Shown here one piece after another: positions 1 through 12,379 of a DNA stretch of 64,000 nucleotides. Location of the stretch: contig NC_058368.1 of assembly GCF_018350175.1 (NCBI RefSeq), positions 215,328,001-215,392,000 on the forward strand, given 5' to 3'. Origin of the DNA: Felis catus. Taxonomy: Eukaryota. Positions within the stretch are counted from its first letter, which is position 1, and each line of letters opens with the position of its first letter. The notes beneath the pieces were generated by a model. It searched no databases. It had not been told where the DNA came from and worked only from the letters and a program-made list of their open reading frames with translations. The translations under genes and the position numbers were made by a program.

Positions 1-2379
1 AGGCTCTGGTGACCATCTAGGAAGATCCTGGAATTTTAACCTCAGCTGCTTCCAAGTTTTCAAGACTGATACTCAGAAGTATCAGTCTTAGTCAAAGGTT
101 GTGTTGTTTTCCATGCCCAATGCTTTATGCAGATAATATCACATTTATCTCAGGAACTTTGAGTTAGAAGCGTACCCCAAATCAAAGTGCTAGCCAGTCT
201 CCAAGTCTGAAATCTTTTATTGATCTGCTCCTGTCTCTATCACTATTCTCTTTGGGGGAGCTCAGCCCTCCTGCTCACAAACAAAATTAGATGTCTCTTC
301 ATCAAAACTCCACTTACTTCCGTGGTTCTTTTTATTACGTTCTAAGCTTTATGTTTGTTTTCCTCCTAAGACTGCTTTATGCTTTGGGACTTCTCAAGTC
401 CTTCTTCCAGGTCTTCCTTCTTGTTCCAAGACCTCTCTTTAATTAAGTTCCCTTTGCGCCCCCTCCAAACAATTGTAGGTTAGAAAACTTAAATAATTTT
501 CTCATTTCCTCTGAAAGAAACAAGGATTAATTTATCCTCCTTTGGAAACAGGGAATGAAATATTTATTTCTTTTATTTTTATTTGAAAGTCGGAACAGTA
601 ATAAAATTCCTATCGTAAAAATGTCAATGCTGTTAGTGTTGTTATTACTGCCATTATTGATAAACCTGGATCTGTCGGCCTCTATAAAAATAGATTTCTT
701 TCCTTGATGGTGGCAGAAAAGAAATGAGAAAATGCCCCTGTGCCTCTTCTTGTAAGCAATCCTACTGTCTGGAAAAGTCTGGTTATATATTAAAGGCTGA
801 ACTCATAGAATTTCTGTTGTTCAAAAATTCTTCCAGGCTGCTTTTCATGTTGCCCTGAGTTTTTCTTGAGATGACATGGTCTCTTCACTGTTACTCGGAC
901 TGTTTTAGCTTGGTGATGCTTTCTTCTTTTTGATTTTTCTGTGCAATAGGAAACAAAATATGTATGCATTACTTGTGAGTATGTCTGACTGCTTAAGAAG
1001 GGCTTAAGTCTTTTTCTTTATGTGGTAAACTGCCCATGTCACCACTACAACCACTGGCAGAATATTTACCCCCTATTCTTATAGATGCCTCTGCTCCTCT
1101 CCTCAAATTTATTTACAAGCAACTTAAGATACAATGCTTTATTTCCTTATTTTTGATATGGAGTGAGCCTTCTGGCTAATTCCATATTTCTAGAACAAGA
1201 CACAATTAATTTTCATCAGATGGCCAGTATGGTTCAAACAAATGGAGAATGAACCCCGAGGACTTCAAAGATTATGAGGGAAACGTATTGGGTATCTGGA
1301 CAAAATAACGTAACGATAAAAATGATGCCAATATTGAAAGGCTTTTCTCATCTCTCTCTTCCCCCAACCTTATTTTACCCACCTTCACCCCTGGCAACTA
1401 TCTGCCACCTTCTCTTTATCCTGACCACAGGATGCAGACATAGGTCCAGGGTAACCCTTGGGAATGATGTGGCTTAAAGAAGCTGCAGGGTTACTCTCTC
1501 TCCCTGAACCTTGACCTTGGCTCAGCTGTGCAGATGTCTAAATTCTGTGTCTCAGCAAGAGCTAGAGGAGTGTAGCTGAGCCTCTGGTTATCCTCACAGG
1601 GTGGATGCAATGACATCAATGTCAGCTTTGCTCTTTGGCTAACGCTAACATTTGTGCATCAGAGTGAAACTAAATTCCTGCTGGTCTTTTTTTTTTCCCC
1701 TCCAAAGCAAGCAGGAAGCTTATCTGTCTAATTGCCCAATGACAGTGTCTTAGTTCAATTTCTTGCATGCACTTTTACAGTCCGCTCATCTTTTCTCCCT
1801 GGATCTATAATCCATTTTTCATCTGGCTATCATTCATCCTACTGGGTGAATTGCAAGCTCATTAGTGCAATGAGGAAGGTCCATTTTAATTTGGCACTGA
1901 CTTTTCTTATCCCGTACCTACCAATGACCCAGGCTTCTATGACTGATTTATAAGCACCATATATGTCTCATTCTTTACTCTCATTCCTATGCACCCTGTG
2001 TCTGTAATGCATTTTCTCAATTTGCCCTTTCAGTGAACCCTTGCTTACCTTCAAGATTCAGATTAGTTATTACTTGTTCGGAAAATTCTTTTCCAAATTC
2101 TGTATTTCTATCTCAGGTGGTGTTAGATGATCCTCTGACTCCACACAAATATAAACCAAGATATAATTATATTATGACATTTATCACATACTATTGTAAA
2201 TGTTTCTCTACTATGGCAATATCCATTTTATTGTGGGCAATAAAAAAAGAATGTTTCTTTTTAAAAAATCTTTACATCCACAGAGTTATACTGTGCTTGC
2301 AACATTAGGGCTAGTAAGTAAATATTATTTGAATTCACAGAGGATAGCACATCAATTGCACCAAGAATTTTGTTGTCTT

Positions 2380-3040
2380 GTATATCAGTCAATTTTTCTG
2401 TGGTAACAAAAGAACTTGCAAATTTTAGTAGCTTACAAACAACAGAATTTATTTTTACTCCCATAGTCTTTGGATGGTTATAAGTCTGTTGTGTCTTCTG
2501 CAAGTCTACTGAGCTCTGTCGGCCTGTGATCACCTGATTCACGTCTTTTACCACTCTAGAACTTGAGTTAAAACAGCGGCTTCTGTTTGTAATATGCTTT
2601 TCTCATGGCAGAGCAAGATTAATGATAGAAAAACAGATGCATTCTAAATTTTTCTTAGGTTTTATTTATTTATTTTGAGAGAGACAAAGACAGTGCAAGT
2701 TGAGGAGGGGCAGAGAGAGAGGGAGACAGAGAATCCCAAGCAAGTTCCATGCTGCCAGCACAGAGCCCAATGTGGAGCTCGAACTCTTAAACTCATGAAA
2801 CTGTGAGATCATGACCTGAGCTGAAACCAAGAGTCAACACTTAACCGACTGAGCCACCCAGGCACAGGTGCATTTTAAATAAGATGCATTTTAAAGTTGC
2901 AGTTCGTATCTGGCATATTGTCACTTTGGCTCATATTCCACTACCTTAATCAGATCATGTGACTGAGATTCATAGCAATGAGTTGAGGATCTAACTCCTC
3001 CTATAGGAGGAGGAGAGCTTAACAGGACAATAGATGGGGG
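2380..3040 (-). mobile_element. Degenerate MaLR (MLT1-type) LTR, interrupted by a SINE
   Basis: MLT1-like motifs: agcttacaaacaacagaatttattttt near the start, and tgtcactttggctcatattcca...atcatgtgactgag near the end. Confidence 0.5.
2649..2865 (-). mobile_element. CAN-SINE
   Basis: Poly-T tail, (GA)n tract, tRNA-derived head ttaaccgactgagccacccaggcac; decayed TSD agatgcattctaaat / aggtgcattttaaat. Confidence 0.95.
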
Positions 3041-3493
3041 GAATGTATAAAAAAATAATACAATATAGTATATATGTATACATTATAATATTATATGTAT
3101 ATATGTATAATATGTATATTATAACATAATATACATATAGGCATACCTCAGCAATATTGTAGGTTTAGTTCCAGACCATCACTATAAAGTAAATATTGCA
3201 GTAAAATGAGTCAAATGAATTTTTTGGTTTCCTGGTACACGTAAAAGTTATATTTACACTACATTGTACTCTATTAAATATGCAACAATAGTATTATGTC
3301 AGAAAAAAGTGTATATACCTCGGTTAAAATACTTTATTGCTAAAACTTACTAATCATCTGAACTTTCAGCAAGTTGTAATCTTTTTGCAGGTAGAGGGTC
3401 TTATCTTGATGCTGATGTCTGCTGCTTGATCAGGTGGGTGGTTGCTGAGGTTTGGAGTGGCCGTGGTAGTTTCTTAAAAGAAGAAAACAACGA

Positions 3494-3647
3494 GGGGCAC
3501 CTGGGTGGCTCAGTTGGTTAAGCACCCAACTCTTGATTTCAGCTCACGTCATGATTTCACCATCTGTTGGGTGAAGCCCCATGTCGACCTCTGCACTGAA
3601 AGCACAGAGTCTGCTTTGGATTCTCTCCCTCTCTCTCTGCCCCCACC

Positions 3648-3681
<34 letters not shown>

Positions 3682-3705
3682 ATAAATAAATAAACTTAAA
3701 AAAAA
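3494..3705 (+). mobile_element. CAN-SINE nested in Tigger1
   Basis: ggggcacctgggtggctcag head, (CT)n, A-tail; TSD-like aagaaaacaacga / aggaaaacaatgga. Confidence 0.95.
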
Positions 3706-3714
3706 CAGGAAAAC

Positions 3715-5330
3715 AATGGAGCTTGCCACATCCCTTACTCTTCCTTTCACGAACAATTTCTCTGTAGCATTCAAAGATGTTTGACAGCATTTTACACACA
3801 GTAGAACTTCTTTCAAAATTGGAATCAATCCTCTGAAACCCTGCTATTGTTTTATCAATTAAGTTTATATAATATTGTAAATTGTTTGTTGTCATTTCAA
3901 CAATCTTCACAGAATCTTTACCAGGAGCAGATTTCATCTCAAGAAACAACTCCTCATCTATTCAAGTTCTATCTTGAGATTGCAGCAATCCAGTCCCATC
4001 TTCGGACTCTACTTCTAATTCTAGTTCTCTTCCTATTTCCACCACATCTGCAGTTACTTCCTCTACTGAAGGCTCGAATCCTTCAAAGTTGTCCATGCGG
4101 GCTGGAATCAACTTCTTACAAACTCTTGCTAATGTTGATATTTTGACCTTTTCCCAAGAATTATGAATGTTATTGATGGCATCTAGAATGGTGAATTATT
4201 TCTAGAAGGCTTTAAATGTACTTTTCCCAGATCCATCAGAAGGATCACTATCTATGGAAGCTGTAGCCTTAAAAAATCTATTTCTTAAATAACAGGATTT
4301 GAAAGTTGAAATCACTCTTTGACTGACCCATGGACTGCAGAATGGAATTTGTGTTAGTAGACATAAAAACAACATGAATCTCCTTGAACATCTCCATCAG
4401 AGCTCTAGGGTGCAAGTGCATTATAAATGAGTAGTAATATTTTGAAAGGAATCTTTTTTTCTGAGCAGTAGGTCTCAACACTGGGCTTAAAATATTCAGT
4501 GAACCCATGTTGTAAACAGATGTGCTGTCACCCAGGCTTTGTTGTTCCATTTATAGAGCACAAGAAGAAGAGATTTAGCATAGTTCTTTTAGGGTCCCTA
4601 GGATTTTTGGAGTGATAAGTGAGCCTTGGCTTCAACTAAAAATAACCAGGTGCATTAGCCTTTAACAAGAGAGTCAGCCTGTCCTGTGAAGCTTTGATGC
4701 CAGGTTTTGGCTTCTCTCTAGTTATGAAAGTCCCAGATGATAACTTTTCTCCAAGAGAAGGCTGTTTTTTCTACACTGAAAATCTGTTGTTTAGTGTACC
4801 CACCTTCATTAATTATCTTAGCCGGATCTACTGGATAAGTTGCTGTAGCTTCTACATCAGCACTTGCTGGTTCACCTTGCACTTGTATGTTCTGGAGATG
4901 GCTGTTTACCTTAAGCCTCAGGAACCAACCTCTGCTAACTTCAGTCTTTTCTTCTGCAGCATCCTCACCTCTTTTAGCCTTCACAGAATTGAAGAGAGTT
5001 AGGGTCTTGCTCTGGATTAGGCTTTGGCTTAAGGGAATGTTGTGGCTGGTTTGACCTTCTATCCAGATCACTCAAATTTTCTCCATTTCAGCAGTAAAGC
5101 TGTTTTGCATTCTCATCACTCATATGTTCACTGGACTCGTACTTTCAATTTTCTTTAAAAACTTTTCCTTTTCATTTACAAGTTGGCTAACTTGTTTTGT
5201 GCAAGAAGCCTAGCTCTGTGCCTATATTGTCTTTTGACGTGCCTTCCTTACTAAGTTTAAACATCTGTAGTTTTTTATTTAAAGTGAGAGACATGTGACT
5301 TTTCCTTTTCCTTGAACATTGTGAAGCTAT
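3715..5330 (-). pseudogene. Decayed Tigger1 (TIGD1-like) transposase
   Basis: ORF fragments 4718-5071 ([20 protein letters not shown]...SRGWF...[11 protein letters not shown]), 4278-4550 ([17 protein letters not shown]) and 3677-3949; broken by stops and frameshifts. Confidence 0.9.
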
Positions 5331-5849
5331 TATAGGGTTATTAATTGACCTAATTTTAATATTGTTTTGTTTCAGGAAATAGGGAGGCCCAAGGAGAAGG
5401 AGAGAGGTGATTTAGTTCACCAACATACAATATTTATTAAGTTTGCTGTTTGATATGAGCATACAAAACATTTATTATAGTAAATTCTAAGATCACTGAT
5501 CACAGACCACCTTAGCAAATACAATAATAATGAAAAAAAATTGACATATTATGAGAATTATGAATACATGACACAGGGAAATAGAATGAGAAAATACTTT
5601 TGGAAAAATGGCACAAATAAAGATGCTCAATATAGGGTTGGGCAAAGCTTCAGATTGCAAAAAAACACAGTATCTGTAGAGTGTAATAAGGCAAAGCACA
5701 ATAAAATGAGGTATTCCTATGTATAAAATATACTGATATTTTATGTAATGTATATGTATATACATATAATAAAATATGCATGATATATATCACTGTATAG
5801 GAAGCAAGAGTAAAGAATGAGAAATAATAATGCAAAATAACATAGTTTG

Positions 5850-6001
5850 TACTCCTCGTCACAAATATTCACTTCTTTGTTTTTCATATGCAAAATACAC
5901 TACCATTCTCCCGGAGGAGCTCTCATCACTTCCATCCATTGTGGCATCAATTTAATACCATAATTTCATGATAGACTCTACTATATATATATATATATAT
6001 A

Positions 6002-6043
<42 letters not shown>

Positions 6044-6300
6044 TATCTTTTGATTTAGAGATCTACATGCTAAAGCAATGAGTATCTCATCATGGCACCC
6101 ACATGCACATGAGGCTATAGAGAGTATATGAAGAGAGAACAGAGACAATAAGCCTCTGATTTGGAAAGGGGAAATGCATTTTTGTCACTGGTCCATAGCA
6201 GTTCTGAAATACTACCTGGCAAATATCACAGGCACTCCTTATTCTGAGACCAGGGCCCTTATTCAATTCCTTTGCATTGCTTCCCCACCCAGTGATATTC
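5850..6300 (-). mobile_element. Possible MaLR internal fragment
   Basis: catatgcaaaatacac... and gtcactggtccatagcagttctgaaa resemble MLT1-int sequence; very diverged. Confidence 0.3.
5979..6046. repeat. (TA)n microsatellite forming two overlapping perfect palindromes
   Basis: tac(ta)n gta followed by atagta(ta)n tactat. Confidence 0.95.
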
Positions 6301-6769
6301 CTGGAAATTTCATTTGAGTGGATGTCCTTCTTCCAAAATTCTTGTTGGCCTCATTTGAAGAATATCCTGGAAAATAAATCTTTCATGGTGACTGTCCAGT
6401 TTTCTTAGCCCAATCCTATCTTGATATTTCTGAAAATAACTAAAAAATATAATGGTCTTAAATTTTTTAAATATTGCTGATAGATCATTTGGAAGTTTTG
6501 TTATGGTAACATTCAATGGCTTAACACCAAAATCTGTATTTAAGTCAGATTTATGCAAAACTAAAAAAATAAATCTCAAAAGTTTAGTGACCTACCATAT
6601 AATCTACATTTATTTGTTGACCTTAATTTATCTATCCATGTCAATCCATCTTGTCAGCTATTGTCTGAAGCTCTATTCAGATCAGTTTTATCATTTCCTT
6701 CCTATCATTTGAACCCAATTCAAAGAAGCAACCCTTATTTATACGAGTTCTTTATTGGTAGAGGGAAAA

Positions 6770-6990
6770 GAACAGAAAAGATGGTGGCAATAGAGGATGT
6801 CTCTTATGGCTTCTGTATTGAACTAGCACAATGTCACTTCTGCTAACATTCTGTGGACCAAAACAAATAATATGATCATGCCCAACAACGGTGGGTGAAG
6901 AAGCACATGTCTTATAGGAGGTGCTGCAAGGCACATGACAATGGACAAAAGTGTGCACTGTTCTTCTATAAATGTAGAAAGGATGGTTGG
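6770..6990 (-). mobile_element. MLT1-type LTR fragment
   Basis: gaactagcacaatgtcacttctgctaacattctgtggaccaaaacaa...atcatgccc motif typical of old MLT1 LTRs. Confidence 0.5.
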
Positions 6991-7491
6991 AATCAATAAG
7001 GCAATATATCCATTGGCCTGAAAGTAATATAATAAGAAGAGTTTTGAAAGGCAGCAGCAATTTATCCTTTACTTCTCAAATTTCTAGTTATGTAATAAAT
7101 GTTTATTGGGCAACTACTTAGTGTCAGCCGTTTCACTTGGTTTTAGTTAAAAATCTTAAACAGATATTATCACTGAAGTAATTTCACATAGTGGGTGAAT
7201 AGGCAGTAGGTAACAAGAAATTTTTATATATGGTGGCATCTACTATAAAAGGTTAAGAATGTCCTGTTCTAGGAGCATGTGGAAAGTGCCTAGACCCAAA
7301 CACATAGCAAAAACCTGATCTGCACTTGGGAGGGTCACAAATGTACGTGTAGTAGATCAGGAGTAGATAAGTGTGAAATGCAAACAAACTGTAAGAAGCA
7401 TTTTGGAGGAAAGATTGCCTGGAGCATCTCACTGAAATTTAATATTGTCTCTGAGGCTTACTATGCATTATATTTAAACATAGGCAAGTTT

Positions 7492-7625
7492 ATTATTTCC
7501 TTCAATTCAAATTTATTATCTGATATTTATTTATCTGATATTTCATCATCTGCAATATTTCAACGCAATTAATATTTCTTGAAGACTATGTTCAAAGCAC
7601 ATGTGAGTGTTGTAGGTGATACAAT
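7492..7625 (+). repeat. Local direct duplicate of 9062-9199
   Basis: Core 7535-7625 aligns with 9105-9199; weaker similarity extends about 40 bp to the left. Confidence 0.85.
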
Positions 7626-8222
7626 GCAAATATATTCCTCACTGATAGTTTCTAAATAATATAAATTTTTTCCATGCCAACCACTGACTGGGGAAATCAA
7701 GCTGCTGATGTACACTCAATGTTGGCAACAACTTGAATTTAACATTGAACTAAGAAAATGAGAACAAAATTTGATGAATATGAAAAGCTTTAAGTAGCAT
7801 ATAGTGTCCATTAGTTGCTCAACTTATTCCAGAAACAAATATGTGACTTTGTGATGTTAATATATTTTGTACTAATACTCTACATTAAAGCATTCAGGAT
7901 ATACATCAATCCACTTATGAATTGATACAAGTAATTCTTCCATGTGGATAGATGAAAACTGTATAGTGCATTCACTTAAATATCTTAAAATAAGGAGATA
8001 AATAGTAAAATATATTGAAATAAATTTCTATTACATCAAATGTATGTTTGTGTATACAAAGTACAGTGCACATAATTAGTGTATATGTTTGTGTATTTAC
8101 TTATGCAAATAAATGAGCAATGACATGTATAATGATCCCTAACTTAGAGACCTTTGGAAATAGCTCTGTAATTGAATTTATGAATGCATATGAGCAACAA
8201 ATTGTCTGGGCCTCAATTGTCC

Positions 8223-8343
8223 CTTTCTTTCTTTTTCCCTTCCTTTGTTCTTTCCCTCCCTCCCTTCCTTCCTTCCTTCCTTCCTTCCTTCCTTCCTTCC
8301 TTCTTCTTCTTCTTCTTCTTCTTCTTCTTCTTCTTCTTCTTCT

Positions 8344-8394
<51 letters not shown>
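8223..8394. repeat. Compound polypyrimidine microsatellite (CCTT)n(CTT)n(CT)n
   Basis: Directly visible. Confidence 0.97.
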
Positions 8395-8396
<2 letters not shown>

Positions 8397-8398
<2 letters not shown>

Positions 8399-8784
8399 AG
8401 GCTTTTAGATTCTAGTCTAAGATGTCTAATTTAGGATCTTGATAGTCCTTTTAGTATCTAACATTCTATTACATAAATATTGGGGAATGGAGGCATGGGG
8501 ATGTCAATTTATTTTTCCAGTTAGGAATGGAGTGGACAGAAACACTAAAAGTGTTTCTTGACAATTTATTTCAAGGGAGAAGTCCTCTGCTTTCATCTTT
8601 CAGAAACTTTGGTTTTATCCACTGACCTTGAATTTCTGCATATCTATTTTACTCTATACTTAATATGCTTCTATTATATCACCTTTTCTCCTTCATCTTG
8701 TCAGAGCAATTCAGCCAAGACTTTTTAATATCCCCCTCATTTGGAGTCTCCTCCTAGAGTATTATTTATGATTACAGTCCTTTT
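8397..8784 (-). repeat. Copy A of an inverted duplication (partner 52819-53203); contains MIR-like and CR1/L3-like fossil sequence
   Basis: Reverse complement aligns end to end with 52819-53203, about 90% identity by eye. Confidence 0.92.
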
Positions 8785-9061
8785 CATTGTCCTTCACTAG
8801 ATTTTTTCTATTTCAGTTAGTTTTATTTAGAGACGCGGTGACCACAACTAAAAACTTTATTGAAGGTGAAACAGATTATGATACATGTACCTTGTACACA
8901 TGCAATGGGATTTTTATTTTCATTCATTATATCTCCTTTATAAAGATATTAGGTCACTGTGAAAATATTATCAAATGCTAAACATATGACCATACATTTT
9001 TTTAGGTGAGGAAGTTATTTAAAAAATTTTAAGAATATAATAATATTTTAAGAAAAGATAA

Positions 9062-9350
9062 TATGTCCCTTCAAGCCAGTATTTTTCCATTAGCTAATAC
9101 TTACCTGATTTTTCATCATCTTCAGTATTTCAATGCAATTAATATTTCTCGAGGATTGACTAGGTTCAAAGCACATATGAGTGTTGTAGGTGATACAATT
9201 AGAGTAAAAAATGTTATTAATGATGTACATTTTAGCAAAGCAGGTGAAAACAGTTGAATAAATTTATCTAAAATATGGTAAGTGATATAATGCAGTCAAA
9301 GTACTATGAAGAAGAAATTACTTTTGGCGGTGGTGGTGATGTAATTAGGG
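9062..9350 (-). mobile_element. Degenerate L2 3' fragment; its start is duplicated at 7492-7625
   Basis: Weak match to the L2 3' end (aatatttctcgagg...ggtgataca...agtactatgaagaag). Confidence 0.4.
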
Positions 9351-9399
9351 AAAATATACCTAATACAAGAGAAACTTACAGTTTTACTATCATATTGCT

Positions 9400-10620
9400 A
9401 CAGGTCATATCAATTCAGTCCTACAAATCTAGAGCCTGTAGCTAATATTAGCATCCACCAGTATTTATTATATAACCAGCAAATTTAAAAAAACAGTCAC
9501 CATATTATATAGGCACTTCAGCTTCTTACTCTTTGTTTCTATAGCTGAAAGTGATGTATCAGCTGATATGTCCTTCCTTTTCCACTACCCTTCTGAATTC
9601 TCTTATCCACTGTTATCAGCTTGGTGGAAAGGATTTTGTAAATTTTCTTCCCCAAAGGATCCATGTCTCAGTGTTGCCATACGTATTGGTTAGCATAGGT
9701 TCCTCAATCAATCAATTCCTCATAGAACTCATGGTTGCCCTCTTTGTCATGGCACAGATCCAGTATAATCAACCCTTTGCCAAGAAGCTAACTGGAGCCA
9801 CATGGTGTCCTACATGAGGTGTAGCTTTGGGCTTTGCTATTGGCAGACTAAGCAATCAGTGTTAGCTAGACTTGCTTTGGTGAAGGGAAGTCCACCACAT
9901 TTAAACTATGCATAGACTCCATCATAGGAATTTTGTATACAAATTCATTGAATGAAAGTCAGGTTGACAGGAACAGAGGTTGACTGACATGCAGAAAACA
10001 GACCTTGCACATTATTTTATAGCTTTATCTGCCACAGATATTCTGTGCAGGGCATTAACGTATGATGCGCACATCTTCACATCTGGTGTCTTTTTTTTTT
10101 AAGTTTATTTTTATTTATTTTGAGAGAGAGACAGAGAGCAAGTGGGGGAAGGGCAGAGAGAGGGAGGCAGAAAATTCTAAGCAGGAATTTTTTAGGTGAG
10201 GAAGCACAGAGCCTGATGCAGGACTGTCAGCATAGAGCCTGATGCAGGACTGGGACCCACAAACCATGATATCATGACCTGAGCCGAAGTCAAGAGTCAG
10301 GTGCCTAACCCAGGCGCTCCGTGGGTCCTTTCTGATAAATTCATCCACATACCTCTTCATCAGAATTCCTTGCCATCAGTTTTCCAGTGTCATCAGTTTC
10401 TGATCATTTGGCCAATGCATTAACCATGGCCTATGAATTAATTTATAACTCAGTTTATTTCAATATTTAGGCAAAGTAGAAAATTCTACATATTGCCTAA
10501 TTTATCTCAGATTGGAAAATTTCTTTTCATCATTACCTTTTGGATTATCTATAAGGGAGGCTTTAGTGCAATGCTTACCTATTACCAGCTATGATCAGTA
10601 CATCATCATGATGTGTTAAC
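9400..10620 (-). mobile_element. ERVL-class internal fossil (pol, RNase H/integrase region)
   Basis: Minus strand gttgattatactggatct resembles the ERVL integrase WQxDYIGPL region; plus strand atccacatacctctt...ttttcca...cattaaccatggcctatgaatt resembles the ERVL RNase H region. Confidence 0.65.
10091..10320 (-). mobile_element. CAN-SINE with an internal templated insertion
   Basis: Poly-T, (GA)n, head ...gtgcctaacccaggcgctcc. Confidence 0.93.
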
Positions 10621-11478
10621 AAGACCTGAACTTTTTCTTCCAATTGCTTAGCTTAAATTCAATTAAAGTTTAGTATTTTACACAGACCTTGTCTTAAATA
10701 AGTTGTAGAACCCCCATTTATTCAAAGGGTTGAAGTATACAAGGTCCTTCCTGATGTACAAAATAGTTTAGGAGAGGTTTACATAAATAATGAGGGTGAT
10801 TTTGAAGACCCAAGAAGTTTTTTGAATTGTCTGCTATCCAGAAAAAGGCTACAGTGTGTCAAGTGCATTATCTGAATGTGATTACATTTTATGTCTAGAA
10901 TTTACATGGTAACATGACCAATCTTTGTTGCCCCTGAATTACAATTTATATTAGTGACGAGTTTTTGTCTGTTTTCTGCTTTGATCTTGAAACTACTCCA
11001 AGGAAAACAACTGGGAAATTATGCCTCTTAAATTTTTTTTAGGAAACTAATAAAACAGAATTGATAGGAAATTGAAACACTCATCAGAGAGTATGTCTAG
11101 ACCTATGGGTATTAAAAGAAGCTAAAAAATTCTGATAGGTAAGTGTAATATAACGTCACGGGAAACATTTCTGAATGTTATGTTAACAGCTAGAACTTCA
11201 ATGAACCATTTCAGTAGGAAATAAAATAGAAAAACACTAAATAGAACAAGGTAGAATTCAAATAAATGGTGTACTTTTGGTCTCAAGAAACTTTGTCATT
11301 TTGAGGACAAAAGACATTACATTGAACCTCCAAAATAAATCTTTGTCATGTATCTTGTCTTTAAAATGTTTTTGCTTCCATTTCTCTATTTCTTTTCTTT
11401 TCTTTTTTTATTGTGCCTTATTTATTATAAATTGATAAATCTTGTGTATGTTATAGGTATTTAAAAAATGTTAGAGGT

Positions 11479-11707
11479 GGGGCGCCTGGGTGACTCAGCC
11501 AGTTGAGCTTCCGACTTCAGCTCAGGAAATGATCTCACACTCCATGAGTTCGAGCCCCTCGTTGGGCTCTGTGCTGACAGCTCAGAGCTTGGATGGATCC
11601 TGCTTCAGATTCTGTGTCTCTCTCTCTCTCTGCCCCTCCCCTGCTCATGCTCTGTCTCTCTCTGTCTCAAAAATAAATGAAAACATTAAAAAAAATTAAA
11701 AAAAATA
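11479..11707 (+). mobile_element. CAN-SINE (SINEC_Fc-like)
   Basis: Full head and A-tail; TSD aaaaatgttagaggt / aaaaatgctagaggt. Confidence 0.96.
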
Positions 11708-12379
11708 AAAAATGCTAGAGGTAATTTTAATTGCCCAAATACCTTAATGAATCTTGTTAAATTTAAGATATTTAGGGAAAATACAAGATTGGGGTTTCAA
11801 TTTTTGTTTTATGAAATAAAACTATTATTTAAAAAATCTTATTGATATTCTTTAAATGCATACATTAAATGCATGTCTAAACTAGATGTGTATTTAATAT
11901 CTTGTGTTCAGATTTTACTTTTTTTTTTAAGGTGTAGTGATGCATGGGGAGATAGAGGCAGAGAAATTTAACCTCAACTTGTGGGAATGGATTCCAAATG
12001 AAGAACAAAGAGAAACAAAGATGTAATATTATTTGAATTATACTTCTATGCACTGGGGATTTGTTATAGTTTCCAGGCAAAAATGAATGACTGCAGACCA
12101 AATGAAAAATGGAAATCCATAAGAAATACATAAAAACAAGACAAAAAGGATTATGATGAGAGGTATTACTTCGGTTTCTCAGAAAGAAGAGGAAAGTACA
12201 GAGGTTGTGAGTGCATTTGAAGGAATGAACGTTTTCCCTAGCATTTAAAAATAACTACTTGATAATTACATAGCTTTCTTTGTAGACTAAGTTAAGTACT
12301 TGACTTCCTAAAGAGTAAAGAATAGTAATTACTATGAAATCAGGTCGGATTAATGATACAATTTCTTCACTTTTAATTA

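Larger units (their letters stand above)
3138..5719 (-). mobile_element. Near full-length Tigger1 DNA transposon (TcMar-Tigger)
   Basis: Terminal inverted repeats TAGGCATACCTC (3138) and GAGGTATTCCTA (ending 5719); TA at the left flank; about 2.36 kb after removing the nested SINE; transposase fragments inside. Confidence 0.95.

Noticed and set aside
4718..5071. TIGD1-like ORF as a host gene
   Set aside because: It is a fragment of a frameshifted transposase lying between Tigger1 TIRs.
8120..8434. Poly-Leu, poly-Glu and poly-Phe ORFs
   Set aside because: These are translations of a microsatellite.
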